A stretch of 64,000 nucleotides of DNA from the human T2T-CHM13v2.0 reference genome, Homo sapiens, in NCBI RefSeq assembly GCF_009914755.1, contig NC_060937.1, one strand, 5' to 3'. Position numbers and translations under genes: made by a program. How positions within the stretch are numbered: position 1 is the first letter of the stretch; each line of letters begins with the position of its first letter. Shown piece after piece: positions 11,991 through 26,257 of this stretch. The notes under the pieces are model-generated. The model worked only from the letters and a program-made list of their open reading frames with translations, had not been told where the DNA came from and did no database searches.

Positions 11991-12034
<44 letters not shown>
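11710..12034 (+). mobile_element. AluS with A43 tail
   Basis: Alu dimer; pure A run 11992-12034; TSD core CAACTAACCA at 11699-11708 and 12035-12044. Confidence 0.95.
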
Positions 12035-12035
<1 letters not shown>

Positions 12036-12639
12036 AACTAACCATGGTGTCTGTGTCTGTCTGACATTTGCTTTAAAAATGGCTCTTCTCATTGAATCTC
12101 ACCTGCACTCATTCAGTTACTTTTCATGGACCACGTGTGCATGCACACACACACATACACAAAGCTAAAAAAACCTCCAAACTTTCATAATAGAAAAGAT
12201 ATATGTACTTACAAATCATAGCAGACAGCTGCCTAGTAAATGTAAATTTTGTTGTAATGAATTTTTCATTTCTAAAAGTATTCTAGTATAAGAAGGAAGA
12301 CACACTGAAAAGTAGTAGAAAACAAGATAATTTCATAGAGGTTTCAGTTTACCTTCAATTATGAGTTTATAATATGTAATATTTTTGTAATCACAAGATC
12401 TATTGAATTCAGGAAAGTTACCTATTTATTTATGCCATGAAATGGATTTCACCTTGAGCACCAATGATTCAAAGGCCAGGTTGGAGCTCAGCAGAAGAGT
12501 ATGTAATAATGGAGGGGTGAGCAACCTTCTTGTGGAAACATTTAGTCCTCACCGAAGACCGGAAAGAATACAAAGATGTCAGTGAACAAGAAAAGTCAGG
12601 GCGCTTTTAGGGACTGGGAACCATAGAGAGTAAAGAGTT

Positions 12640-13052
12640 CAGAGTAAAGCTTCCACAAACTGAGTGCCTCAAACAATAAAAATTTATCATCTCACGGTCC
12701 TGGGGCTAAAAGTCTAAGATCAAGGTGTCAGCAGAGCCATGCTCCCTTTGAAGTGATAGGGGCGGATCTTTTCCAGGCCTCTCTTTCAGCTTCTGGTAGT
12801 TTCTTGGCTTGTAATATAGAACTCCAATCTTAATATGATGTTCTTCTTGTGTTCAAGGCTCTGGGCCTGAATTTCCCCTTTTATGAAGACAACAATATAT
12901 TAGATTAGGGGCCCATCCTACTCCAGTATGACCTCATCTTAATTAATTATTACCTGCAATGACCTGACTCCTAAATAAGGTCACATTCTGGGTTACTCAG
13001 GGTTTGGGCTTCAGCATATAAATTTGAGAAGGACACAATTCAACCGATAACA
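12640..13052 (-). mobile_element. MLT1 LTR
   Basis: CCACAAACTGAGTGCCTCAAACAATAAAAATTTAT...GGACACAATTCAACCGATAACA. Confidence 0.78.
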
Positions 13053-14784
13053 GATAATAAACGGTGAAACTGGGCATCAAAACTCAAATACTCATTCTCT
13101 TTTTACAACCAAGTCATCCTGAACACATCCTCAAACTTTTGGGATTAGAAGGAGAGTTGGTATGGGTCATGCTGTATGGAAGAGAAACTGAAGAGAAGTG
13201 GGTCACCATCATAAGACTTAGCTGCTTTCTGGTGACATGAAGAATTCTGCTTAATCTCACGGAAGTGCCAAATTGGGTGTAGGGGAGTCTACTTCTGCAA
13301 AGGTTAGCATTTGTCAATCAGTACTGGATCTCCTCTCAGAATTCTGCAGTTAGTCCTATGCATGGTCTCTGTGAACCATATTACCTCATAAATTTTAGAT
13401 CTGGATGAGAAGTTAAAGATCATTTAGACCAATACTCTCAAGTGAGAAAATCAAAGCCCACTCAGAGTTTAGAATAACTCATTCATGACCATGGAGCCTC
13501 AGCATCCTGATTCATAGTGCAGTGCTCTTTTCTCTCACTGGACAACCAGGGGTGAGTAAAACATGAGATCTCTCTTACCTGTTATGGACACGTTTTTCTC
13601 CCCTCACCTTTGTCTCAAGCATCGCATTTGTAAAACTCACTCTTAGCTCATCGTTCTCCCAACTCAACAGTTAAAGGCAGATACATAGAAAGTGCTCAGT
13701 ATTTATTGAATGAACTTATAAATGACAGCAGAGAAGCAGCGAGCCTTAAAGATAAACTTCAACTGAAATATCCAGGTGGCCTCTTGAATCACATGCCCCT
13801 CCCTCTCTACAGAGGGGTCCACAGAACTCTTTTGCTTCTTCTAAGTTGAAGGTGGTTGGGTCTTCTCCTCATAGATGTTTCCTCTGAACTAAGCTTGAGG
13901 TTCCCAGAATGGCAGCAGCTCCTCTTCCTGCAGGAGATTGGACACCTCTTTGTGTTCCAGGGCAACATGACTGGCTATGCCTGGGGGCTTCACTCCCTGC
14001 CTTCTGTTAATATTTATACCTAATATCTAACACAGTGCCTAGCACAAGTAACTGAATGATAGACCATGACTATTACTTGGACTACAGGATCCAAGTTAGT
14101 TGGGGATGGGAACTTATTCCAAATTACTTGCTAATGTCTTCCAAATCAAACCCCCAAATTTGAGGTTTAATATAATTTTTTTCACATTATTTATAAGAAA
14201 CATTGATTTTAGAAAAACTGAAGAACACAAAGATGTACAGAAAAGAAAATGTAAATCACTCATGTTCTCACCATCAAGAAATTATTCTAATTAATCTTTG
14301 GGTGTTTATCATTCCAGATGAAAATATTCATTCCTTCAATAGCTTTTTAAAACCTAATTGGAATTATAGTATATATATTTTCATAGTCTATATTGACCCC
14401 TGATCGACGTACATATTGAAAATGCTTTTTCCAAATTTGCAGTTGTCAAAGTACAGAGGAAGGAAGTCTGAAATCTTTGCTCAATCAAAACATGGCAGTC
14501 ATAGAGAATGGCAGCACCCAAGGCATCCATTGTGCTTGGAACGTTCATTGTATCCAATGGTGAAAAATGCTTCACATCTGTGCTCAAGACAAGAGAGACT
14601 CTTTTGCAACATGACCCCGAAGAAAAGAACTCTGTGGGCTATTTTCAGATCTAATATACTCTATAAGATGGTTTTTGATATTAGGGCACATCTCTAATTC
14701 CACATTATTAGCCATCATCCTAAGACTTGCCAGCTTCTCGAAATTTAGACTTCTACAGGATCCAAGGGAAATGCCTGCCCCCCA

Positions 14785-15520
14785 CGACTTATGCTGAGTG
14801 AAAAAAAACCTGACAAAAATAGTACATATAATCATTTATATAAAATTCTAGAAAATGCAAACTAATCTTAAGTGACAGAAAGCAGATGAGTGTCGGCCAG
14901 AGGACAGAGTGGTAGGTATGGCTGTGAGAAAGGAATTCCCAAGGCATATGAGGACTATGACAGATAAACATTCATTACCTTGAGTGTGATGATGGTTTCA
15001 CTGGTGAATTCTTAGGTGAAAAGTCATCCAATGGTAGGCTTGAAATATGTGCAGTATATTATACATCAGTTATACCTCAGTCAAGTTATGGTGACATGCA
15101 CAAAATGACATGGACAGAATAAAATGTATATTGCTAAGTCTGAAAGGGCTACATACGATATGATTCCAACTACACAATATCCTGGGAACATCAAAACTGT
15201 GGAGACTGTAAAAAGATCAGTGGTTGCCAGAGGCTTGTAGGGAGGGAGGAAAAGATGAATAAGTGGAATGCAGCGGGTTTTTAGGGCAGTGAAACTATTC
15301 TGTGTGATACTGTAACAGTGAATGCATGTCATTATACATTTGTCAAATCCCACAGGGTGCACAACACAAAGAGTGAACCCTCATGTAAACTATGGGCCCA
15401 AGTTAATGATTGTATCAACAGTGGAAACAGTGGGGCAGTAAGAGGCTGTATGGGAACTCTTTCTACTTTCGGCTCAATTTTTGTAAAGCTAAAACTGCTC
15501 TAAAGAATAAAGGCTATTAA
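14785..15520 (+). mobile_element. Old L1M 3'-end fragments (two)
   Basis: TTATGCTGAGTGAAAAAAA...AAATTCTAGAAAATGCAAACTAATC and TTGCTAAGT...AAAAGATCAGTGGTTGCCAG motifs of L1MB/MC/MD 3' UTRs. Confidence 0.7.
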
Positions 15521-16599
15521 TTTTTTTAAATGTTTAGAGATGCCAAAAGCTATAAAATTAGGAGATTCCACCTAAAAGTCTGGATCTCAAGCTCATCCCA
15601 AAAGACAAGAAGCTCCAGAAATCCTGCATTAAGCCCACTCATGGCTCCCCAGGATCTCACAGCTAGTGCTCCTCGTCCCCATACATTGCCACCTGGCCCT
15701 GCAGGCCTCACAGCTTTTAACATCTGCCTTCTGTGCTTGGCCTCCCCGATCCTGGCTCCTAGCCAGAGCCCAGGAAACAGTTTCCTTAGAGGGGCATTTT
15801 GATTGCTTTGTCACTATTCCCCAATCTGCATCCTTTCATCATTTTGTTTGTGCTCCTTAAGTCTATTTTAGGTGTAATCAGCCTCACTGATTTCACTAGG
15901 GGTTCTCTGAGACTAGTTTCTCCTCTATCTTCAGGGATTTCCCAGGCAGGGAACGCCTAATTGGTATTATTTGCTGATCTCCTCTTCCTTCACTCAGTTT
16001 TGTCTCATTCCTGCTGTATACCCATTCTCCTTGCAACAGCAAAATTAGGAAGTAAATGTGTGGAATTTTGTTTAACCCTTTACTCGCTAGCCTCCTGCAG
16101 GTCTTCCCTAGCACTAAGTTATCATTTACTCTGAAAACGTTCTATAATATAATGAAGGAATGATTCACTGCATTATAGAAAGTTTTTAAAGTGTTAAAGA
16201 AACAGAAGCAGAAAGTAATTAATCACTACTCCTTCACTCAGAGATAACCACAGCTTACATGTTGATATTTATACATTTAATCTTTATTCTGTGCATATAC
16301 ATAATTGAAACAAAATTATGATATTACATTCTGCATTATTTTTTCCATTTAACAATATGTTATGCATATTTTTTCATATGATGTTGAAGGGTTATAGAAT
16401 ACTCATTGTATAGTAGATAATTATGATGTCATAATTGATTTAATTTCCCTGTTTTTGAATATTTAGCATTATTTACAGCTTGTCACTTGTATTAATAATT
16501 CTGCAACAAACATCCTCGTCAATTAATCTTTGCCCTCCTCTATGATATTTTCCATGAGTTAAATTCCAAGAAGCAGACTGTTCAACTACATGCTTATTT

Positions 16600-16898
16600 A
16601 TATTTTCTTTTTTTTTAAAACAGGGTCTGGCTCTGTCACTCAAGCTTGAGTGCAGTGGTGCAATCTTGGCTCACTACAACCTCTGCCTGCCAGGCTCAAG
16701 CCATCCTCCCAGCTCAGCCTCCTGAGTAGTTGGGAATACAGGCATGTGCCACCACACCTGGCTAATTTTTGTATATTTTGTGGAGACAGGGTTTCACCAT
16801 GATGCCTGGGCTGGTTTCGAACTCCTGAGCTCAAGTAATCCACTCAGCTCGGCCTCTCCAAGGGCTGGGATTACAGGTGTGAGCCACCACAACCGGCC
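16600..16898 (-). mobile_element. Alu (J-like) within degraded L1M sequence
   Basis: Reverse Alu; TACATGCTTATTT flanks both sides. Confidence 0.93.
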
Positions 16899-17662
16899 TT
16901 ACATGCTTATTTTTAATGCTTTTGTTATATGTTCCCAAATTGCCCTCCAGAAAGAATGTACCCGCTTCTACTCCCAAAAGCAGAGCGCCCAAGACGTAAT
17001 TTCATCTTTAAGCCAAAACTTCAAATAAAAAATGTATTCCATGTATCATCAAAGTTTAAATTTTAGTGAATGTAGGAGCACTTGTCAAAATGTAAGATGC
17101 AAAAATTCAAAGAGAAAAGAAGAATATAACATGCTACCTTTTTGGAAGATGTCATGACACTAATATTACAATATTTCTATTAAAATATTAATTTTTACCC
17201 TCTCTCCAACTGTATTAATCATTCCACAATTGTGAAGGATGTACTATCTCAAAGGGAGAGAGAGACATGGTTCAACTGTATAAGCTTTTTGGAGTAATAA
17301 GAAGTTGAACACAATAACTTCATATTTCAACTGTGAGGGTTTTCTTTTAAATCTGGTTATAAATAATTTGATATGGCACCCCCTTAGAATTCATGAAGGG
17401 ATGGCTCTGCAGGGCTAGTGAAGCTGCATGGTAAGTCTGTTGCATAGAAGTCTATAGAGCAGGCTCTTCCCAGAAAGGAACAACGCGCCTCTGATCGTTG
17501 CCAATTGACTCTTCTCTGCCTTTCTCTGCCCTATTCATTGTGCCATCAGTATTCACTTATTGTCAACAACATGCTGATGTTACCCAGCCCTTTCTTCTGA
17601 CCTCATTCTGAACCTTATAAAGTGTAATCCAGCTTAATCAACTCAGAGATTAAGAGCTGTAG

Positions 17663-17995
<333 letters not shown>

Positions 17996-18518
17996 GGATT
18001 CTGTCATTATTAACATTATTAACATTTTCACTCATCTCAAAGAACTCACAGTGGCATGTACAGACCTTGTTGATCTTCAAGTATGGGCTGGTGGTAAGGG
18101 ACATAATTTGGATATGCTAAGGCACAGAAAAATGAGACGTGAAGGAAGATATTTATGTGTGGTACAGTTTGCATTTAATAGGTTGAGCATCCCTTTTTAA
18201 CTGCTAAAGCACTAGAACTGCAACATGCCTAACCTGCATGTTCACCATGGGAAATGCACAACAGCAGGCTGCAACATGCTCCTAGATACCAGGACTTCAG
18301 AGCACCATGGATATTCGGCTTCTGCAGGCTCTGGAAATAGTGTCTAGTGGGCTGTGAATACACCTGGAGCAGAGGAGAGAGAGGAAAGCTGCAGGCCTCA
18401 GTGCTCCTTGCTGTGCCCACACAAGTGCTGGACGTCCTTCAAGACTCACAGGGAACACGTTAAGAGTTGAACTAAATTGTGTCTCATAAATGTTCTTCAG
18501 TCGAGCCTCTGGGAAATC

Positions 18519-19456
18519 TGTGTTGGTTAATTTTATGTGTCAACTTGACTGGGCACCCAGACATTTGGTTAAACATTTTTCTGGATATTTCTGCGGGGTA
18601 TTTTCTGGATGAAATTAACATTTAAATGGGTAGACCTTAAGTAAAGCAGACTGCTCTTCATAACGTAGGTGGGCCTCATCCAACCAGATGACGGCCTGAA
18701 TAGATCAAAGAATGACCTCCCCTGAGCAGGAGGGAGTTCTGCCAGCAGACTGCTTTCAGACTTGAACGGTAACCCTTCCCTGGGTCTCCAGCCTGCCAGG
18801 CTACTCTGCAGATCTTGGACTTGTCAGCCTCCATAATCAAGTGATCCAATTCCTTAAAATAAATCTGTCTCTCTAGGTAAATAACAGTTGACCCTTGAAC
18901 AACATGGGGTTAGGAGCACCAACTCCCCATGCAGTCTAAAATCCAAGTATAGCTTTTAACTCCCCCAAAACTTAACTACTAATAACCTACTGTTGACTGG
19001 AAGATGTACCAATAACATAAATAGTCAATGAACACATATTTTATATGTATTAGGCACTGTATTCTTACAATAAAGCAAACTACAGAAAATAAAATTTTAC
19101 TTAAAAATCATGACGAAGAGAAATATATCTACTAATTAAGTGTAAGTGGGTCATCATAAAGGTCTTCATCCTCATCTTTGCATTGAGTAGGCTGAGGAGG
19201 AGGAGGAAGAAGAGGGGTTGGTCTTGCTGTCTCAGGGGTGGCAGAGGTGGAAGAGGTAGAGGGGATGGAAGGGGAGGCAGGAGAGGCAGGCATGCTCCAT
19301 GTAACTTTTATCAAAAAAAACTCCATGTACAAATGGACCTGTGCAGTTCAAACCCATGTTGTTCAGGGGTCACCTATGTGTGTGTGTGTGTGTGTGTACA
19401 CACGTGCATGCACATATACATCTTACTGGTTCAGTTTCCCTGGAGTACCTTAATAT
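18519..19456 (+). mobile_element. MLT2B-type (ERVL) LTR, interrupted by Tigger2-type element
   Basis: TGTGTTGGTTAATTTTATGTGTCAACTTGACTGGGC start; 3' end resumes after 19377 (TACTGGTTCAGTTTCCCTGGAG). Confidence 0.82.
18885..19376. mobile_element. Tigger2-derived non-autonomous DNA transposon
   Basis: TIRs CAGTTGACCCTTGAACAACATGGG (18885) and CCCATGTTGTTCAGGGGTCACCT (ending 19375). Confidence 0.85.
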
Positions 19457-19842
19457 GTCTGCTCTGCACTTTTCAGTGGAGGATATTCTCAAATGCAAAG
19501 AACAAGCTACCTTTTGGAGGCCTAAGTAAGAGCTGCTGTCCTCAGGAAGCAAACTCAGAATTGAGGACAACAGCCAGACAGAATCCTAAACCTCTACTCC
19601 CTCAGGAAGGGAACAATCTTGGATGAGTGAAATCCCCAAAGTTGGTGTGTCAGGAATTGCATGTGGATAAAATATGTGAGGAAACCACTAGATGAAGCCC
19701 CCTGGCTACTCCATCAGTGAGGGAAAACAGGTAGACCAAGCATAATAAGAGGGACTTTTACAGACTTTCTCCTCAATCCCACAGTTAAAATTGTCAAAGA
19801 AGTGAACAAATAAATTAGAGCTGAGCAGAAAATCTTTAGGAG

Positions 19843-20173
19843 CTGTTATGGACTGAATATTTGCATCCCCTCTCCCTGCTCCAGATTCATACTGATGCCC
19901 TAATCCCAATGGGATAGCATTAGGAGGTGGAGCCTTTGGGAAATGATAAGGTCACAGGGGTGGAGCCCTCATGAATGGGGTTAGTGCCCTAATAAGAAAA
20001 GGCCAGAGAGAGCTTTCCTCTATAAACCAGGAAGAGGGCCTTCACCAGGAACCTGACCCAGCTAGCACACTAAACTCAACTTCCAGCTTCCAGACAGAAC
20101 TGTGAGAAATCAACACTTGTTGTTGAAGCCACCCAGTTTACAGTAATTTGTTACAGCAGCCTGAACTATGACA
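19843..20173 (+). mobile_element. MLT1A/MST-type LTR
   Basis: TGTTATGGACTGAATATTTG...TTTGTTACAGCAGCCTGAACTATGACA. Confidence 0.8.
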
Positions 20174-20188
20174 GGAGCTGTGTACATT

Positions 20189-20848
20189 TGAGAGGTGAAG
20201 CCAACTGGACTTCCTGGGTCGAGTGGGGACTTGGAGAACTTTTCTGTCTAGCTAGAGGATTGTAAATGCACCAATCAGTGCTCTGTGTCTAGCTAAAGGA
20301 TTGTAAATGTATCAATCAGCACTCTGTAAAAACACACCAATCATTGCTCTATGTCTAGCTAAAGGATTGTAAATGCACCAGTCAGCACTCTGTAAAAACA
20401 CACCAATCATTGCTCTGTGTCCAGCTAAAGGATTGTAAATGCGCCAGTCAGCACTCTGTAAAATGGACCAATCAGCACTCTGTAAAATGGACCAATCAGC
20501 AGGAAGTGGGTGGGGCCAAATAAGGGAATAAAAGCTGGCCACCCCAGCCAGCAGTGGCACCCCATTCGGGTCCCCTTCCACACTGTGGAAGCTTTGTTCT
20601 TTCGCTTTTCACAATAAATCTTGCTGTTGCTCACTCTTTGGGTCCAAACCACCTGTAAGAGCTGTAACACTGGCTGCAGAGGTCTGCAGCTTCATTCTTG
20701 AAGTCAGCGAGACCACAAACCCACCAGAAGGAAGAAACTCCAGACACACCATCTTTAAGAGCTGTAACACTCACCGTGAAGGTCTGCGGCTTCATTTTTG
20801 AAGGCAGTGAGACCAAGAACCCACCAGAAGGAACCAATTCCAGACACA
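20189..20848 (+). mobile_element. Solo LTR12-family (HERV9/ERV1) LTR
   Basis: TG...CA ends, 4-bp TSD CATT (20185-20188, 20849-20852), tandem U3 repeats with CCAAT boxes, AATAAAA TATA-like box 20527, polyA signal 20613, U5 repeats GCTGTAACACT. Confidence 0.93.
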
Positions 20849-21374
20849 CATTTAGCTTCCTGATTAAAACTTGGCATAAATATTTAGCATAAAGAAGACT
20901 AAAAGCATAAAGATATATGCTCCCATTCCCAAAGCAATAAAAGGACCAAACGAGTGTGCATGAGAGTGAGTGTGTGTGTGTGTGTGTGCGTTCCCTCCAA
21001 AGCACCAAGCAGTGGCTGTTGATGGCAGTATAAAAGAATAATTTTCTCTTCAGGATGTTCAAAAGCAAACCTGGCAGCATGAATTAGATGGCCTAATTTT
21101 AAACATACAAAACACCTCTAGTTCTTAATGAACAAATAAGCAAAGTGCACCATCGGTGGCCTAGACACCATTTCAGTTTTACACTGGAATCAATAAGTTA
21201 GGAATGATTTGACTCCCAGAGCTAGCCTCAAGTCCAAGCCATGGAGAATATTAAACTGACCTCCCCTCATGACTCTGGCCAACCCTGTGTTCCAGCCCTT
21301 CACTCTCTCCATAGGAGAGGGCTGAACCCCCACCATGCTCTAACCGAAAGCACAGCTGGCCTTCCCTCTTCTCC

Positions 21375-22310
21375 TCAGCTTTATTGAGGTTATAACTGAC
21401 AAACAAATATTGTATATATTTAAGGCATACAATAGGAAGTTTTAATATACCTATATGTTGTGAAATGATAATCAAGCTAATTAACATATCCATAACATAT
21501 AGTTACCTTTTTTGTGTGTGAGAGAACAATTAAGATCTATTCTTTGGGCAAATTTCAAGTATACAATAGAGTATAGTTAAGTATAGTCACCGGGCTATAC
21601 ACTAGATCTCCAGAGCTTATTCATCCTACACATCTGAAGCTTTTACCCTTTCATCAACATCTCCCCATTTCCCTCACTTCCCATCCCTGACAACAACCTG
21701 TATTAGTCTGTTCTCATGCTGCTAACAAAGACATAGCCGAGACTGGGTAATTTATAAAGAAAAAGAGGTTTAATGGACTCACAGTTCCACGTGGCTGGGG
21801 AGGCCTCACAATCATGGCAGCAGGCAAGAGAGAAAATGAGAGCCAACAACAGGGGGAGCCCCTTAGAAAATCATCAAATCTCGTGAGACTTATTCACTAC
21901 CATGAAAACAGTATGGGAGAAACCACTCCCATGATTCAATTATCTCCCACCTGGTCCCTCCCACAACATGTGGGAATTATGGGAGCTATAATTCAAAATG
22001 AGATTTGGGTGGGGATACAACCAAACCATATCACTACCATTCTGCTCTCTGCTTCTAAGAGTTTGATGTTTTTAGAACCCATATATAAGTGAGATCATGC
22101 AGATTTTGTCTGTCTATGCCTGGCTTATCTCACTTAGCATAATGTCATCCAGAGTCATCCATCCTGTTGCAAATGACAGAATCTCCTTGCTTTTTAAGGA
22201 TGAATAATATCCCATTGTGTACCACATTTTCTTTGTCCATTCAACCGTTTATGGACACTTAGCTTGTTTCCTTTTCTTGGCTATTAGAATAATGCTGCAG
22301 TAAACATTGC
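21375..22310 (-). mobile_element. L1MA/MB 3' end, interrupted by THE1
   Basis: CAGCTTTATTGAGGTTATAACTGACAAAC... and CCATATATAAGTGAGATCATGCAG... reverse L1 3' motifs. Confidence 0.8.
21699..22033 (-). mobile_element. THE1 (MaLR) solo LTR
   Basis: TGTATTAGTCTGTTCTCATGCTGCT...CCAAACCATATCA; 5-bp TSD CAACC/CTACC. Confidence 0.9.
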
Positions 22311-22525
22311 TCTTCACTTTGTAAATATATTTTCATTTTAAAAAATCATTCAGATAGGCAAACGGAACAAAAGCAGAATAGCACAATGCACCACTCTGTG
22401 ACAACCCCATTAACATTTGGTGACGATCCTTCCAGACTTTTCTACCACTGCCATCCTCACACAGTGATTTTTAGTTTCTTTTTTTTCTAAATAATTGTTC
22501 TTTTATAGATTTTAAAAGAATTTGG

Positions 22526-22809
<284 letters not shown>

Positions 22810-23123
22810 TAAAAGAATTTGGAAATGTTCATCTCTCTGAGCATTTATTTTCATTGTTTATAAAAAGTGGATGGTGTTCATAATACCTCTCTCTGATCAG
22901 GCTGTCGGAAAAATTAAAGAAGTTAGTGCCTCTAGTACATAAAAAGTAAGTTGTCCTTTCTAGTCACCATCTGTTCCTCCTTTCTACTTTCCTTCCTTTT
23001 TGACTTATTCCTTGAACAAATGTTTATTAAGCACCTACTGTATGCCTGGCCCTGCACTAGGCACCAGGCTCACAAGGATGGGGAAGAAGACAGCCATGGA
23101 TCTTGCAGTCACGGTACTTATGC

Positions 23124-23184
23124 AGAGACAAAGACAGAGACAGAGAGAGAGAGAGAGAGAAAGGAGAGAGAGGAGAGAGAGAGA
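23124..23184. repeat. (AG)n-rich microsatellite
   Basis: Seen directly. Confidence 0.85.
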
Positions 23185-23464
23185 ATGAGAACAGGCTTGC
23201 AGAAACTCCTGGCAAGACCACCAAACCTGCGAGAGTGAGGGAGGGTGTCCCAAGCAGAGGGCACAGCATTACAAAAGCCAAATCATCACAATGTGGCGCA
23301 CTAGGTGCAAGAAGGGAAGAGTTCATGAGGGACAAGGCTGCAGATTGAGCAGAGACCATGTCAGGAAAGTCCTCATGTTTCAGCTTAAGGAAGCTGAAGG
23401 CAGCCCAAAGTTCGCTATCTTGTAGGTATTATTGTCTCCCTCACTCTGCCCTTGCTGGGTCTCC

Positions 23465-23793
23465 CACTGTTTCCATAGCCTCAGCCCCTACTTCTGAGGC
23501 TCTGCTGAGGGTGCCTTCACTGTTCCATAGCCCCAGCCCCCACTTCTGAGGCTCTGCTGAGGGTGCCTTCACTGTTCCATAGCCCCAGCCCCTACTTCTG
23601 AGGCTCTGCTGAGGGTGCCTTCACTGTTCCATAGCCCCAGCCCCCACTTCTGAGGCTCTGCTGAGGGTGCCTTCACTGTTCCATAGCCCCAGCCCCTACT
23701 TCTGAGGCTCTGCTGAGGGTGCCTTCACTGTTCCATAGCCCCAGCCCCCACTTCTGAGGCTCTGCTGAGGGTGCCTTCACTGTTCCATAGCCC
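23465..23793. repeat. 52-bp minisatellite, approx. 6.3 copies
   Basis: Unit CACTGTTCCATAGCCCCAGCCCC[C/T]ACTTCTGAGGCTCTGCTGAGGGTGCCTT starting at 23465, 23518, 23570, 23622, 23674, 23726, partial at 23778. Confidence 0.97.
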
Positions 23794-24495
23794 TCCCTGC
23801 TGTCCCCCTCATCCCATGAATTTTGCCCCTTTCTCTCACCATCATGTTCTTCTGTTGCCTCTGCCATTTCCAGTTGATTCTGTGGTGGGGAAGGACACGG
23901 ACCTTCCTCCAGCAGGTATTGCCATAGTTCTCGGCTTACTTTCCCTGCCAGACTCTTTGGGAGAGTGGCCTGAGCTCCCAGCCTCCACCTGCTCTTTTTC
24001 CATTTAATCCTTAACTATTGCACCTGCGTTCAGTCATCAGCCCTCAACACTCAGCTGCGAGGAGCTGGTGAACTTGTGATTACACCCAGCAGGCATCTGG
24101 CCAGTCCTTCGCTTGCTTGGCCTCTTTGTAGCTTTCTGACCCCCTCCTCTCCTTTCTTGGTTCACCCCTTTCCCTCAGCTTCTAGGTACCTCATTCTCCT
24201 TGTGTCCTCCTTTTTTTCTTCATTTTCCTCAGTCATCTTTATAAATCTTTCTCGTCTACTAGCCCTTCAACGTGTGGCTGTCCTTTCCTCTCCTCGCTGC
24301 ACTCTCTCCGAAATCTGTATCTCCAGACCACATCTGCTCATGCAGACAAATCCTCTGACTTCCAGCCACTGTGAGCCTGCCACCCCAGGTCCCCACCTTT
24401 CTGTGACTCAGTGAGGCTTCCCAAGTCAGGCTCATTGCAAGGAAAACCTGGTTTAACTAGTAAAGAGGTGGGTTATAAAATATTGTTAGAAACAC

Positions 24496-25340
<845 letters not shown>

Positions 25341-25856
25341 GTACATACCCATTATTCTCTTTTTAAAAATTGCTCATACAATTTTCAAGTGGGGGTCCTG
25401 GCTTTCATAACTATTAGAGTTATTGATGAACTACTGTTTGCTTTATACCTGTAAAATGAATGGTGTTGGTTGTGCATAAGTGAAGTAAACATTTTCTTTC
25501 TGTTTTGTTTATGTTGTTGCTTGGTGAACTCATTTATCAAAGTGAAGGCAAAAATAAACATTAGTACATCTTAATCCAAAGCCAAATTTGCAAGACTTGG
25601 AATTAATAAGATGCTGCTGAAAAGTGGTGCAATCCTTGTTATTTTTATAGACTGTGATTCTTGTGTTTGGCTAATGTAATTAATCTTCAGCTAAAATCAT
25701 CTGTTCCAAATTTACACTAATTTTCAATGCTTCAATATGTTTGCAAAGCAGCATTCTGCTTCTGTGTACTGCAGGTAGATTCTTGTTACCTGTTAGCCTT
25801 GGTAGAGCTTATCAACTGATGCAGTGCACAACTTTGGTGGTGCTGGGGCATTTGTA

Positions 25857-26257
<401 letters not shown>

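Noticed and set aside
19183-19626. 147-aa Arg/Gly-rich ORF resembling an NLS/RGG protein
   Set aside because: Translation of purine-rich Tigger2 sequence plus a (GT)n repeat; non-ATG start and no splice context.
20312-20670. Repetitive ORFs (ADWSILQS repeats)
   Set aside because: Translation of LTR12 U3 tandem repeats.
23465-23793. CRISPR-like array
   Set aside because: Units are contiguous with no unique spacers, there are no cas genes, and the context is primate; it is a minisatellite.
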